A stretch of DNA of 64,000 nt from the human T2T-CHM13v2.0 reference genome, Homo sapiens: the NCBI RefSeq assembly GCF_009914755.1, contig NC_060925.1; one strand, 5' to 3'. The notes below the pieces were generated by a model. It was given only the letters and a program-made list of their open reading frames with translations. It had not been told where the DNA came from and ran no database searches. How positions within the stretch are numbered: the stretch's first letter is position 1; each line of letters opens with the position of its first letter. The translations under genes and the position numbers were made by a program. Shown in pieces: positions 49,531 to 64,000 of this stretch.

Positions 49531-51699
49531 GGGGGAAAATTTTTTTTTAAACCTTGAGTGGCATGGTCTTTTTTTTTTTTTCTTAAAGAGATATATTGAT
49601 TTGTATTTACTATTGAGCTATATAGAAATGAAATTTGTTTAATTCAGATTAATATTAATGCTAATTGTTCATGGATAAATAGAATACTGAGAGTGCCTAT
49701 GTGACTGAGTCAGGGCCGCTAGTGAGTGTCAGTTCTGTTAACCAACTTGCTTTGTGGCTCTGATAAAGATAAAACAACTACATTAGTGTTTGAACGTACA
49801 TGAAATAATTTGCCAGAAGCATTTGATAAAAGACAGCTTTTTTTTTGCTTACATATAAAAGCAATAGTTTAACTGTTTTAAATGGACTATTTCATTTGAT
49901 TTTGTAAAATAATTTAAAGGCAAGAAGATGGTAGTGGTTGTCCTTTTATTGGTGGGAAAAATATGAGTTCCAGAATCAAACCCAAAGAGATTTGGATACC
50001 TACCACCACTCACTGTGTAATCTTAGGCAAGTATCTTAAAACATTGGACTTTGGTTTCTACATCTGAAAAGTGGTTATTATATAACAGCTAATATTTATT
50101 GAGCATGTACCGTGTGCCCTATGTTGTGCTAAACACTGTAGATGCATTACTTAATTCGAACGGTAACTTTATGAGGTTAACGCTGCTTTATCCCCATTTC
50201 ACAGGTAAGGAGCTGAGATACAGAGAAGTAGGCAACTTGATCAAGGTCGCAAAACCGAATTTAGGGTGTTAAAGCTGGGCTACGTAATTAAATTCAGGGA
50301 GATAGTGTATGTAAAGCAGGGTCAGACTTAAGTGTTCAGTAAGTCATTATGTGTTGTTATTGATGCTGTCATAAAGGAAACCAGAGCACATCCAGCTGTG
50401 AGCTGCAGATTACATCCTGCTTCAACATCTGTTCCCCAAAACTCATTCCAGAATTTAAGAGTGAAATTTTAAGATTATAAACCACTTGAGGATAATGGAC
50501 CATGTCTTATTTTTTTAAATATTTCATAGCTTCATATGCATTTGAACAAATATGCATTTAATATATACTTACTGTAATTGTTATGAATTTCTTTTTAAAG
50601 GACAAATATGAATATATTTATAAATTTTAAAAATGGCCATTGTCTAAAAGATATTTTTCCCAAGGGCTAATTTCTTGATTCCATCATTCTTTTAAAGAGT
50701 TGCCATTGAAGGGTGATTTTAGGACTTTCATTCAAAAAGCCTTTTGTCTTCATACTGTACAAGAAAAAAAGAATGAGAAAACTTTAGAGAAGGCTGACCT
50801 CTCAAGAATTTTGTGTGGGGAATTACTAAGGCATTTTCTCTATTTTATTTTCTGTATATTTTCAACAAGCTGTATTTCTAGTGAGTAAAAGTTTGCAATT
50901 TTTTTGTGCCAGGCCACATTCCATTCTCATATTCAGAGTTCATAGGATGTAATGAAGTCTAAATTCAACCCCAAGTTGACTGCATTTTAATAAAGTTGTC
51001 CAGTCCATTCTGGGCTCAGTTTACCTCCAACCATCTTTCAAAATAACAAATTTTATCATATATCCTATAACATATATTGTTGTTTTAAAAAGTAACATAT
51101 ATAGTTTTTATCTGATTATAAAAGTAATATAGCTGTGAATGAAGATGAGATCCCAATAAACCTTTCTTCATTAGAATACAATTCTGTGATATTTTGTGAA
51201 ATAACTAAATATTTACATTTAGAACAAATTACTTCTTTCTTAGAAACTTAAAATTCCTGTGTTTCTTAATTTGTTTACAAGTAGCCATTGAAAAGTTGGA
51301 AGAGATGGCCAGACGGACAAGAATGATATATTTTTCTTCCTTTATTATCTCCCTGTGCCTGGTCAGGATTTGTTTCTTTCATGCCCTCTTTAGAACTGTG
51401 AGGCTTTGAGCTACTCTGGATCGTTCACCATTGTATCCAGGGGCCCAGGTCTCAAATAGTTGTTGAATGAGAGAATAAAGGGTCACTTGCTCTGATCTGG
51501 GCATCTTTAGTACATATTTTACATTTTTATTTACTCATCAAATACACTGTGAGGGTTGGACATTCACTAGAGTTTGTCTCATCCTCTGGAGTCTAATATA
51601 GTATGTTAAACTTACTAGCCTCATAATATAGAACATCTTGTTTTATCTGATTTTCTCGCCCTCTTTTATGGACAGTTCAGATTATTTCTAAAGCCGTAA

Positions 51700-52034
<335 letters not shown>

Positions 52035-52162
52035 GTGAGCCACCGCGCCTGGCCTGATAGTTTGTTTTCACTTGGTTACCAAGTTAGAACACACTAGTTT
52101 GTTTCCCTTGCCTTTCTAAAGGATTGGTTTAACTTATCTAGATAGCTTTGTCTTCATGTTTT

Positions 52163-52242
52163 AAGCAAATTATGTATGGATCCTTCTCCATATGTATTAT
52201 CCAAGCAAATTATGTATGGGTCCTTCTCCATATGTAGTATTC
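52163..52242 (+). repeat. 40-bp tandem duplication
   Basis: aagcaaattatgtatgg(a/g)tccttctccatatgta(t/g)tat repeated twice. Confidence 0.93.
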
Positions 52243-52666
52243 CTCAGGGCTTTTTTGGAGGGTTAAGAGGTTTTTGTTTTTTTTTTTTTTTTGTATTTTA
52301 AAATTACTTGTTGGGAGAAAAACTTTTTCTATGAAATAGTATTCTTATGGAGGTTGTTATATATTCTTAAAGATGTTCTGTATGTGTGCCCCCTCCAAGG
52401 GACCTTTAAAAATTTGACTATGTCCCGAAAAACTATTTATGAAAGCTCTCCCGCAAGTGTAATAAAGGCCAAATAGTCTAAGGATGTAATTAAGATTATT
52501 GAGAACAGTTAATTATCAAGTCTGACAGAATCAAGTAGTGGCAAGGATGTGAAGACCCAGAGACAGTGTTGTAATTAAAAGCCATTAGGAATCTAAAAGT
52601 TAACCGAAGTGGCTTGATTTCTCATTAGTTAATATCAATATTTACTTATTTTATAGCTTGAAACTA

Positions 52667-52890
52667 CAGATGATTTCCAACTTATAATGGTTTGTTTTAG
52701 GATTTTTCAATTCTATGATGGTGCAAAGCATTTAGCACAATCCTTGACTTACCATGGGGTTAGGGTTATCTTCTGATAAACTCATCATAAATTAAAAATA
52801 TTACAAGTCAAAATGCACATCTACTTAGGATGTTTTCAATTTACGATGGGTTTATCGGGGTGTATCCCCATTATAAGTCAAAGAGCATCT
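52667..52890. mobile_element. MER47/Tigger5-type MITE with internal inverted repeat
   Basis: tacagatg start and mirrored gacttac..atgggg / ccccattataagtc arms. Confidence 0.6.
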
Positions 52891-53322
52891 TTATTAGATG
52901 ATGATGATGATGATAGTTGTTACTGTCACTGTTATAATTGACATATACTGTATAGTACTTGCTGTATTTCATATGCTGTTGTAATGACTTTTCTTATAGT
53001 AATTAATTTAATTCTTGCAGTAGCCCTACGAAGTAGGGACAGTTATCCTAACTTAACAGATAAGAAGATAAATCACATAAAAGTTAAGTAACTCACCAAG
53101 GTCACACAGCTAGACAAAACTCACACAGTTGAGGCAGACAGTACTCAGAGGCACTACACTGTACCAAAATGACAGGCTGGTTTACTTTCCTTTTTTTTTT
53201 TTTTTTCCAAAAGAAAAACAGTATTCATGCTGAAAGTATGGAAAAAATATTTAGTATAAGAAAATGAGAATTAATACTTTACTACTAGAAGTAAAAATAT
53301 GTTCTTCCCTTCATTATTTTTA

Positions 53323-53624
<302 letters not shown>

Positions 53625-54226
53625 TTAAAAAGTTGTTTTATTTCTGTGTTTGTCATTTGTTATTTTTTTGTCAATCAGTGTTATTTTCACAATTTATGTA
53701 ATCTATTGATTTTTCATAGAGCTGTAGGCTGATAGTTCAAGCAATGTTATTTGAATTTAGTCAAAATCTTTTATTAGGATATCTTTTAAGTGGCTAATAG
53801 TTTCATCAGTTGTCTGTTTGGACTGGTTGAACATTTCTGTGGGAAATACTCAAGCTTTGTCTGGAGCTTAAAAGATATGAAGTATAAATGCACTTCACAT
53901 TTCTGTCTACTTTTTGAGAAATCTGTATTATTGTATCTTAAAATGTGAACTATAACTTCACGTGTAAGAATGCTTATAGTTGTTGATTAATTGATGTTAT
54001 AAGCATGAATTTAAATAAGCAAAAACATTTTAATAAGTTGACCTCCGTTGAATTAAGTTTCTGGTTTTATAATTTTTAATTGATTTTTAAAAATATTATA
54101 AACCTGTAAGCTTATTAAACAATAAGTTACCTCTTGTGGTATGGGTATGTTTTGGGAGAAAGTTCAAGGTATTGGTTTTTTCTGAAATCATTTATTCCCC
54201 CCCTTTGTTTTTATTTTATTTTTTAG

Positions 54227-54293
54227 GATTTTGGCCCCAAACAGTAATTATCAAGATGTTGAGACCCTCTATAACTTCCTAATCAAGTATGAG
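54227..54293 (+). CDS. SWT1: Internal coding exon C (67 nt, phase 2 to 0): (R)[22 protein letters not shown]
   Basis: Long T tract with tag acceptor, GAG|gtatgg donor. Phase continues exon B across a 39.6-kb intron. Confidence 0.85.
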
Positions 54294-54450
54294 GTATGGG
54301 AAATATTTTAAAATATTTATCACATTTCTACTTTAAACAAATTTTAATGTAAATAAACAGAGTAGGAGTTCTCAAACATAGTGGAATGCTATTTAATTGA
54401 TATTTGCTTTAAATTATTGAATGCCATAAAAGTTTGTCAGTGACATATTC

Positions 54451-54754
54451 TTTTTTTCTCACTTTTAAAAAATGGTATATTTAAGGTATATAGCATGGTG
54501 TTTTGATATGTTATACATAGTGAAATGGTTTCTGTAGGTAAGTAAATTAACATATCAGCTATCTCACAGTTAACCCTTTTTGTGTATGTGACAAGAGCAA
54601 CTAAAATGTACTCTTTTAGCAAAAATTTTGAATATAATACAGTCTTATTAACTATAGACTTCATATTGTATGATCTCTAGGCTTGTTCATCCTATGTATC
54701 TGCAGCTTCCTATCCTGTGATCTACAACTGTCCATTTCATCCCCTCCTCCCTGC
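54451..54754 (-). mobile_element. Short 5'-truncated L1MA 3' end with TSD
   Basis: 13-bp direct repeat cagtgacatattc at 54438 and 54755 flanks an L1MA 3'UTR with a T tract. Confidence 0.75.
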
Positions 54755-55657
54755 CAGTGACATATTCAATTTTTTCTTTGATTCCCTAAGTAAAAATATG
54801 AGAGTCCTAAAATAACACGCTTTCCTCAGTGCGAAATTGTTTCTCATCAGGGGTGCTGTTGGCATATTGGACAGGTCATTTCTTCATTGTGTGGAACACT
54901 GCAGGATGTTTAACATCCCTATACATCAGGTACTAAATGCCTGTAGCGATACCAGTTGTTGTGACAACCAAAAGTATTCCATCTCCCCATCCAACTTACA
55001 TACCCAGAATACCTCACAAAGGAAGAACTCCTGGTTGAGAAATAGTTATTACTGGAAAGGAGAGCTATAATTTAGTTTCCTCTATAGTGGCAGCATAAAC
55101 CCTGGAGGTAGAACTATAATGAGGCTTCAGTGTATTTTGTAAATTAACCTGCATGCTCTCCTCATCATTACTGAACCGAAGCGGGTATTCTGTTGTCAAT
55201 TTCTGTGTGCTTAATGCTCTTTGTTTATGTTTCCTGTAATAGTATTACTTTCAATTTTGTGTGTATATGTGTTTAATTTTTAAAACATTCTAAATGAAGG
55301 AATGTGGCATATATTCAGGTCTCAAATTTCTTATGAAGTCAAACTCCTTTAAATATATTTCTTCACTTTTATTCCTGGTTAGCTCTTTGTTTAACTTTCT
55401 GTATGCCACATCTTCCATTAAGAACCCAGTGATTAAGAACACAGACTCTGAAGTCAAACTACCCGTGCTTAAATGTTGGTTCTTCTACTTATTAACTGTG
55501 TGATCTAGGAAGAGTTATTTAATTCTCCTTATCTCAATTTCTTCATCTGTGAAATGAGAGTAACAATAGTAGGTAAATTATTTGTATTCTGCAAAGATTA
55601 AATAATGTAAAATATGCAAAGTGCTCCAAACAGTACCAGGCACAGAGAACTAGTCTT

Positions 55658-56912
<1,255 letters not shown>

Positions 56913-57145
56913 ATATATATGAACAATAGGACAGTTTTAAAATCACATACCCTGGAAAATTCTGGGGCATAGTTCTTTTTAATTTAGTACTTTCTATTGC
57001 CAAGAGTATTAGAAGAAAGTACCTAACTTATTAATTATAAGAATATGTGGATCTGTTGCTTCATGATATCTTGTGATATAAAGAAACAAGAAAAAAATTT
57101 AAAAATTAAAAAATAAGAATATGTAGATCTAAGAATCATATGTTG

Positions 57146-57252
57146 TATATATTATATATAGATGTCAGATATATGTAATATATATTATATATAGATGTCA
57201 GATATATATATTTTATATATATATTATATATAGATGTCAGATATATATATAT
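57146..57252 (+). repeat. AT-rich minisatellite, 3 copies of tatattatatatagatgtcagatatat
   Basis: Three visible copies with short AT spacers. Confidence 0.9.
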
Positions 57253-58454
57253 TTGTCACAGTCATGACCCACTAGATCCTTGAACTCCTAGGTCAAGCAA
57301 TCTTCCTACCTCATCCTCCCAGGTAGCTGGGACTACAGGCATGCATCATCGTGCCTGGCTGATTCACAGATTTTTAAAATCATTTCTCTTAAAAGAATTG
57401 CTTTTCCTACATCAGTTACTACATTGGAGATATTTGTCTAATATTAAAAATGGTGGTAGGACTGTCTAAATCTTTTAAGGAGTTTGACTATTTTTATACT
57501 TCTCCTTTGCCTTTTCTTGAATTTTTTAATTAAAAAGAAGCCATTTCTAATATCTGGCTTTTACTGTAAGTAGTACAGCTAAAAGGTAATGATACCCATT
57601 TCACAATTCGTTTTATAGTCACAACTCTAATGTTTGCTGACAGTGGCATGTTTTAGCTATTTTTTTCCCCTGGAAATTAAAATTGTTCATTTAAGCATGG
57701 AGATGATATTTAGCAGTGTAATTTAAAATGTCTCAATATGGGTAAGTGAAAATGTCTTCATAGTCAAAATTAATTAATATGGTGAAACAAGATCAGGCCA
57801 GACCATCATGAGACTGTGCTTCAGTTTTTCTTTATTAGTAAAGTAACTCCTACTTTGTAAATTATCTACTATAACCTGGAATTATGTCACCTTTATACTT
57901 CCAGCTGTGTTCTTGGATAAATGTCTAAATGTATGTGGATGGTTGCTTTTACAACTAGAGATAAATGTAGATACTTAAAAAAAGATCTATTAAAAGCTTA
58001 ATATAAATTATTTTATATTCATATTTAACAGGTTCAAATTCAGTTTTTCAGCTGATTTTTCTCAATAGTTGTAGAAAATGGATCATTCGCTTCATCCTCT
58101 GACCAAATGTCTGCAGTGTGTTGACATTTGGTGGCCCGTGTTCTGATACATTGATGGTCCCAGAATGTGTGGCTATAGTAACAATATCAACAGCCCTTAG
58201 GAGAAGGCAGAACATGTAAAGAAGAAAGAAGTGGACTGGTTGATAGTTTAAATGAATTTTTTATAACATTTTTAGAAGATTCTCTTAAAAATTATGGTAA
58301 ATTATATACCAATTTCATATAATCATTAAATATAATATCAAATATTATATAATTAAATAATACTAAATATATAAATATATACTAATTTTAAGCAATATAT
58401 CCATGTTCATTTAAATATTTGAAAACTATATATATGTGTGTACATATATATATA

Positions 58455-58709
<255 letters not shown>

Positions 58710-59507
58710 TCATATAGAAGACTTTTATGATAAGAATCTTTAAATTAGTAGTAATTAAATTAGGGGGTATCATTCTTCCCCACCAAAAAATGCATGCCAG
58801 CTAGCAACACTTAGAAATGTTTTTTAAGTAAATTGAATAGAAATTAGCCTTACTGTTTCCTTTTACTAATTCTAATTTTCTGAAAATTTAGTCAATATAT
58901 TATTTGTTATCTGATCAAAATAATTTTTCTCTGCAAGTTTTCAGATTCTTCCCTGCATATAAATAGGAATATTGTCTAAATGAATAGTAAGTTTCAAGAT
59001 TCCTTCACTGTGTCTTCCATATGTGTGCCATAGCTAGTTTTTATATGATGAAAGATTTTTATATTTATGGTATTATAAATTATATCTCTGATATAGATAT
59101 TTATTAACTTAAACCTATTAGTTTAAACATGTAGACCTCAATAATCTGAAAAATATATTTCTTCAGAAAATGTCTGTAAATCAAACTTTTTCCTAAACCA
59201 GATAGAACTGTCTGCAGTTTATAATCTTATTTGTGTTTTTCTGTCCATTTGATCTCTACTGTGTCTAGGCCCATCTCACCTCTGCTGGTTCTACTAACAG
59301 ATTAAGATATAATAGTGGGATTCATATTTTTGCATACAGTTCCATGTTAGCATTATAGTCGTTGCACTTCTTATTGTTGCTGTTTAATCCTTTTTATGCA
59401 ATAACTAGAAATTTGAACTTTCCTCTCAGAATATGGGCTACTCTAATTTTGCTGTCATCACTCACTTTAATATATATTTTTAATAACTATATCTTGGTTC
59501 CTTTCAG

Positions 59508-59572
59508 GTAAATAAAAATGTCAAATTTACTGCCCAGGAAATTTATGATTGTGTTTCTCAGACTGAGTATAG
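59508..59572 (+). CDS. SWT1: Internal coding exon D (65 nt, phase 0 to 2): VNKNVKFTAQEIYDCVSQTEY(R)
   Basis: ttcctttcag acceptor, TAG|gtaagt donor, in frame with exon C. The gene continues beyond the window. Confidence 0.85.
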
Positions 59573-59769
59573 GTAAGTCATATCTATATATAGATATAAA
59601 CCATTGTAACAAGCTTTTCCATATACAGCAGCACTTGGTGGTGGTGGTGGTGGTGATGTGTTTTTTCATTGTCTTTTCACTACACTGTTTTTTTTTACCT
59701 TACTAATATTAAATATTTCTTATATACAAAAAGGTCATGTGTTGTGTGTTTATCAGCTATTAGGTTTAA

Positions 59770-60602
<833 letters not shown>

Positions 60603-60879
60603 ATATAAAAAATACCCATCTGCCTACCATTCAACTAACAAACTTGAATTTTACCCATTTCTAGCTGTAACCTACCTTTTATTCTCTCTCAAGGGATTGT
60701 ATCTTTATAGTTCTCATCTTTTTTTTTTGTGGTTTTACTGTTATTTATAACAAAAATAAGTTGATTTATTTTGCTGATTTTTGAACTTAAATGTATCACA
60801 CTATATACTTTTTTTTCCAAAATGATTTGTTTTATAGCATTCATACATAACAAAAAGGGCAAGTATTATAAATCCAATT

Positions 60880-61031
60880 CTTTTTTTTTAATCTTCTTTT
60901 TGTCTTTTTTTGAGGCAGGGTCTCACTATGTTGCCCAGGGTGGTCTCGAACTCCTGGACTCAAGCAGTCCTCCTGCCTTGGCTTCCCAAAGTACAGGGAT
61001 TGATTACAGGCATGAGCCACCATGCCCAGCC
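60880..61031 (-). mobile_element. FLAM / AluJ monomer
   Basis: Antisense monomer, TSD aaatccaattctt. Confidence 0.8.
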
Positions 61032-61076
61032 GCAAATCCAATTCTTACATACACAGGGTATAGTTGTGAAGCCTTT

Positions 61077-61400
61077 GCTGTGGGCTAATGCTTGTGTACC
61101 CTCCAAACTTATACATTGAAATCTAATCCCCAATATGATAGTATCAGAAGATGGGGCCTTTGGGAATTGGATTAGTACCTTTATAAAAGAGACTGCAGAG
61201 CATTGGCTAATTCCTTCCCTTCTGCCATGTGAGAACACAGAGAAGGCACCATCTGTGAGGAAGAGGACCCTCACCAGACACCAAATCTGCTGGTGCTTTG
61301 ATCTTGAACTTCCCAGCCTCCAGAACTGTGAGAAATTTATCTTGTTTGTAAGCTCCCCAATCTAAGATATTTAATTATGGCAGCCTGGACAGTCTAAGAT
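61077..61400 (+). mobile_element. MLT1A/MST-type MaLR LTR
   Basis: ccctcaccagacaccaaatctgctggtgctttgatcttgaacttcccagcctccagaactgtgagaaat. Confidence 0.78.
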
Positions 61401-62885
61401 GTCCCTCTAATTCTAGGCCCAGGCAAATTCATGAGGAGCTAAAACTGTTTAATTCCTTCACTGTTGCCTTCCAATACCCTCCACCACTACATATTCCATT
61501 TTAGCTTAACATCAGGATTGATCCATGTTGACACATGGGGCAGTAATTGGTTTTCAGTGAGTTCTGTTGTAACACGACATGTGCATTCGTAAATGTCGCC
61601 ACTGCATTGTATAGTCATGCAATAAAAACCACAAGGTTTATGGGAAAAATGGGATTAGGAGCATAACACTTAACCTCATTTGGGACACATTTTTAAAAAG
61701 GTAGGAACTTAATAAAAGTATCACTAAACCACAGTTCATTTGCTATATATAACTTACCTGTGTACCTGTGTGGCTACAAAATATTATGAACAGGCCTAGC
61801 AACAAAGTTAACTAGCAAAATGCTTCTACTGTTAAAGCTCCAGACTGATAAATTTGTTTGAGGATATCAGATGTAGGATTGATAGTCATACACAAATGTT
61901 TCAACACAACTATGAAAGTTCACCAACTCATTAGATTAAAATAAGTTTTTCAAGAAAATCTGAAGCCAGTTGGCATACACAAATCTGTTACAGTTGGGGG
62001 AGAAAATGTTTTCTTGCCCTAATCTTCAGATTATCAATGAATCGGTTTTACTCATATAGATTTTTACAGATAATCCACATTTAAAATATTGTGTGAGATG
62101 TGTCAAAAATATAACATCTTCCAACCTTAGCCGTATTTTTTAGTGTAAAAAGCTTATTGTAGATACATGGAGGCCACAATTTCTTGAAGCATGATCCTAG
62201 TAGACGTCTAGAATTGTTTTGATTTTAGCTTACTTTTAGATTAGTTGGCAGAGTTTTTATTGGGGGAAGTTCAGGAGTCAGGTCAAATGTTCATAGTTAA
62301 AGTAGTTGTACTATTTTTTTTCTTTGTTTTCTTTCCATTTATTATGTCAGGGATTTAAACTATGAAGTTAATGAGTAAACCCTCTTTTATACCCAGAAGG
62401 ATGATTTTAAAGAGAAATCAAATATATTTAATATGTTGCAGGCATTGAAAAATGGTAATTGCTGCTCAGCAAGCTTTCAGTTAATACTATTTAGATCTTT
62501 TGGGTTTTTTGTGAAATTATTTGCCAATATTTAGAGTACACAGTATCTTCCATATTTGTCTCTGGTGTGCTCCACAACTTAAAATTTTCAAATAAGCTGC
62601 CAAAAGAGAGAGGGTTTTTTGGTTTCACTGGTTCATACTAGATATGGGGCCAATTGTGGAAGATGAAAGGTGACACCATTTCCCTGTGACTCAGAGGTGA
62701 AAACAGAAGAATGATTTAACTTGCATATAGATGACTCCCTTTGGGAATATGAAGGACAGTTAATGTTTAAGACAATTATTTAAATTGTCTGAATTTGATA
62801 ATCTTTGTTTTTGTTTTTTTTAAAGCATTAGTTGTAAACAAGGAAACTGTTGATGTGCCACACCATATTTATTGCAATAAGGAGA

Positions 62886-63625
62886 TGTGAAATAATGAGA
62901 AGTGTATCTGTGCCCTGATATGGTTAGGTTTTGTGTCCCCACCCAAATCTCATCTTGAATTGTAATCCCTATAATCCCTACGTTTGGAGGGAGAGACCAG
63001 GTGAAGGTAATTGAATCATGAGAGCAGTTTCCCCCATGCTGTTCTCATGGTAGAGAGTTCTCATTGAAATCTGATGGTTTTATAAGATGCTCTTCCCACT
63101 TCACTCAGCACTTCTCATTCCTGCTGCCTTGCAAAGAAGGTGCCTTGCTTCCCCTTCCTCCATGATTGTAAGTTTCCTGAGGCCTCCCCAGCCATGCTTA
63201 ACTGTGAGTCAGCTAAACCTCTTTCCTTTATAAATTACCCAGTTTTGGGCAGTTCTTTATAGCAGTATGAAAACGGACTAATGACAGTCGCTGACTCTGG
63301 TTCCTGAGACAGAGCTCCTAAAACCCTAGATAGGACTTCTGGGATAATCTTTTGTTCTAATCTTTGGTCTTTAACCTGGTTTCCTGACACAGAGCTCCTA
63401 AATCTCTTGGAATTTCCTAGGTGATAGGAGCATCGTTTGCTCTAATGAGGCAACTCTTGGTGGGCTCCTGGATGGGGGCTGGTCACCAGAAGGACCCAGC
63501 CATGATTAGAAGCTTAACACATTCAGCTCTACCCCCTATCCTCTCAGAAGGGGAGAGGGGCTCCAGGTTGAGTTAATAATCCATCATGCCTACAGGATGA
63601 AGCCTCCTCCATAAAAATCCCTGAA
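62886..63625 (+). mobile_element. MER21-type LTR, interrupted by THE1 and cut by the PSMD7 retrocopy
   Basis: cagagctcctaaa repeats, ggatgggggctggtcaccagaa, atcatgcctac...ccataaaaa motifs. Confidence 0.72.
62916..63286 (+). mobile_element. THE1D-like LTR nested in the 5' end of a MER21 LTR
   Basis: tgatatggtt...tgtccccacccaaatctcatcttgaattg...gaaaacggactaatgaca. Confidence 0.85.
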
Positions 63626-64000
63626 CTGGCAGTAGCTGCCAAACTGGAATAGGAGAAGCTGGGCCTGGAGGAGCTGAGAGAGTTCTTGCCACTGTTGGTG
63701 TTGGCGAGTGGCAGGGAGCCAGGACTTGAGGGTTGGGGTGTGTTGTGATGCCAGAGCTGGCGGTGCAGAAGGTGGTGGTCTACCCCCTGTTGCTTCTCAG
63801 TGTGGTGGATCACTTCAGCTAATTTGGTGAGGTTGGAAACCAGAAGCATGTTGGTGTGCTATTGGGGTCATGGCAAAAGAAAATACTTGATATGTCCAAG
63901 AGTTTTCAGTCCCTTTTTATGATGATGACTAAGTCCTTTTTTATGAAGATGACAAAGATGATCTGATTTTTAGACCAAGATTATTTGGAAAACATTTATG
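63626..64000 (+). pseudogene. PSMD7: Processed pseudogene of proteasome subunit PSMD7 (Rpn8/MOV34), 5' part, running off the window
   Basis: ATG at 63748 reads [49 protein letters not shown], matching the PSMD7 N-terminus [46 protein letters not shown]. Premature TAA at 63820, a 24-bp tandem duplication at about 63908-63955, no introns, and a GC-rich leader upstream. Confidence 0.92.

Noticed and set aside
57146-57252. CRISPR-like repeat-spacer array
   Set aside because: Eukaryotic AT-rich minisatellite with short AT spacers, only three units and no associated genes.
58103-58131. Iron-responsive element (CAGUGU within a hairpin loop)
   Set aside because: It lacks the 5-bp upper stem and bulged C geometry, and it is intronic.

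Overview
Primate (hominid, probably human) AT-rich genomic DNA, almost all intronic. Four + strand GT-AG exons (4753-4940, 14481-14612, 54227-54293, 59508-59572) splice into one continuous frame ([10 protein letters not shown]...[13 protein letters not shown]...IKYE/VNKNVKF...QTEYR). I recognise this from memory as the C-terminal part of SWT1, a PIN-domain RNA endoribonuclease homolog. The introns are dense in retroposed and transposed DNA: a full-length antisense L1PA2-type element (intact ORF1 and ORF0, broken ORF2), two 5'-inverted (twin-primed) L1s, about 30 Alu/FLAM copies, MaLR/ERV LTRs and DNA transposons. They also hold a full-length RPL5 processed pseudogene, a PSMD7 processed pseudogene that the ORF track misses, and three Y3 RNA retrocopies. 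I found no convincing wholly new gene system. The best leads are (i) an L1 antisense-promoter/ORF0 unit pointing into SWT1, whose in-frame splice donor is changed from GT to GC, (ii) three Y3 retrocopies within 15 kb, two forming an inverted pair later split by the L1, (iii) a recursive-splice-type AG|GTAAAT exon, and (iv) several template-switch or templated-insertion scars and candidate Alu 3' transductions. Repeat subfamily calls and boundaries are by eye against remembered consensus sequences.
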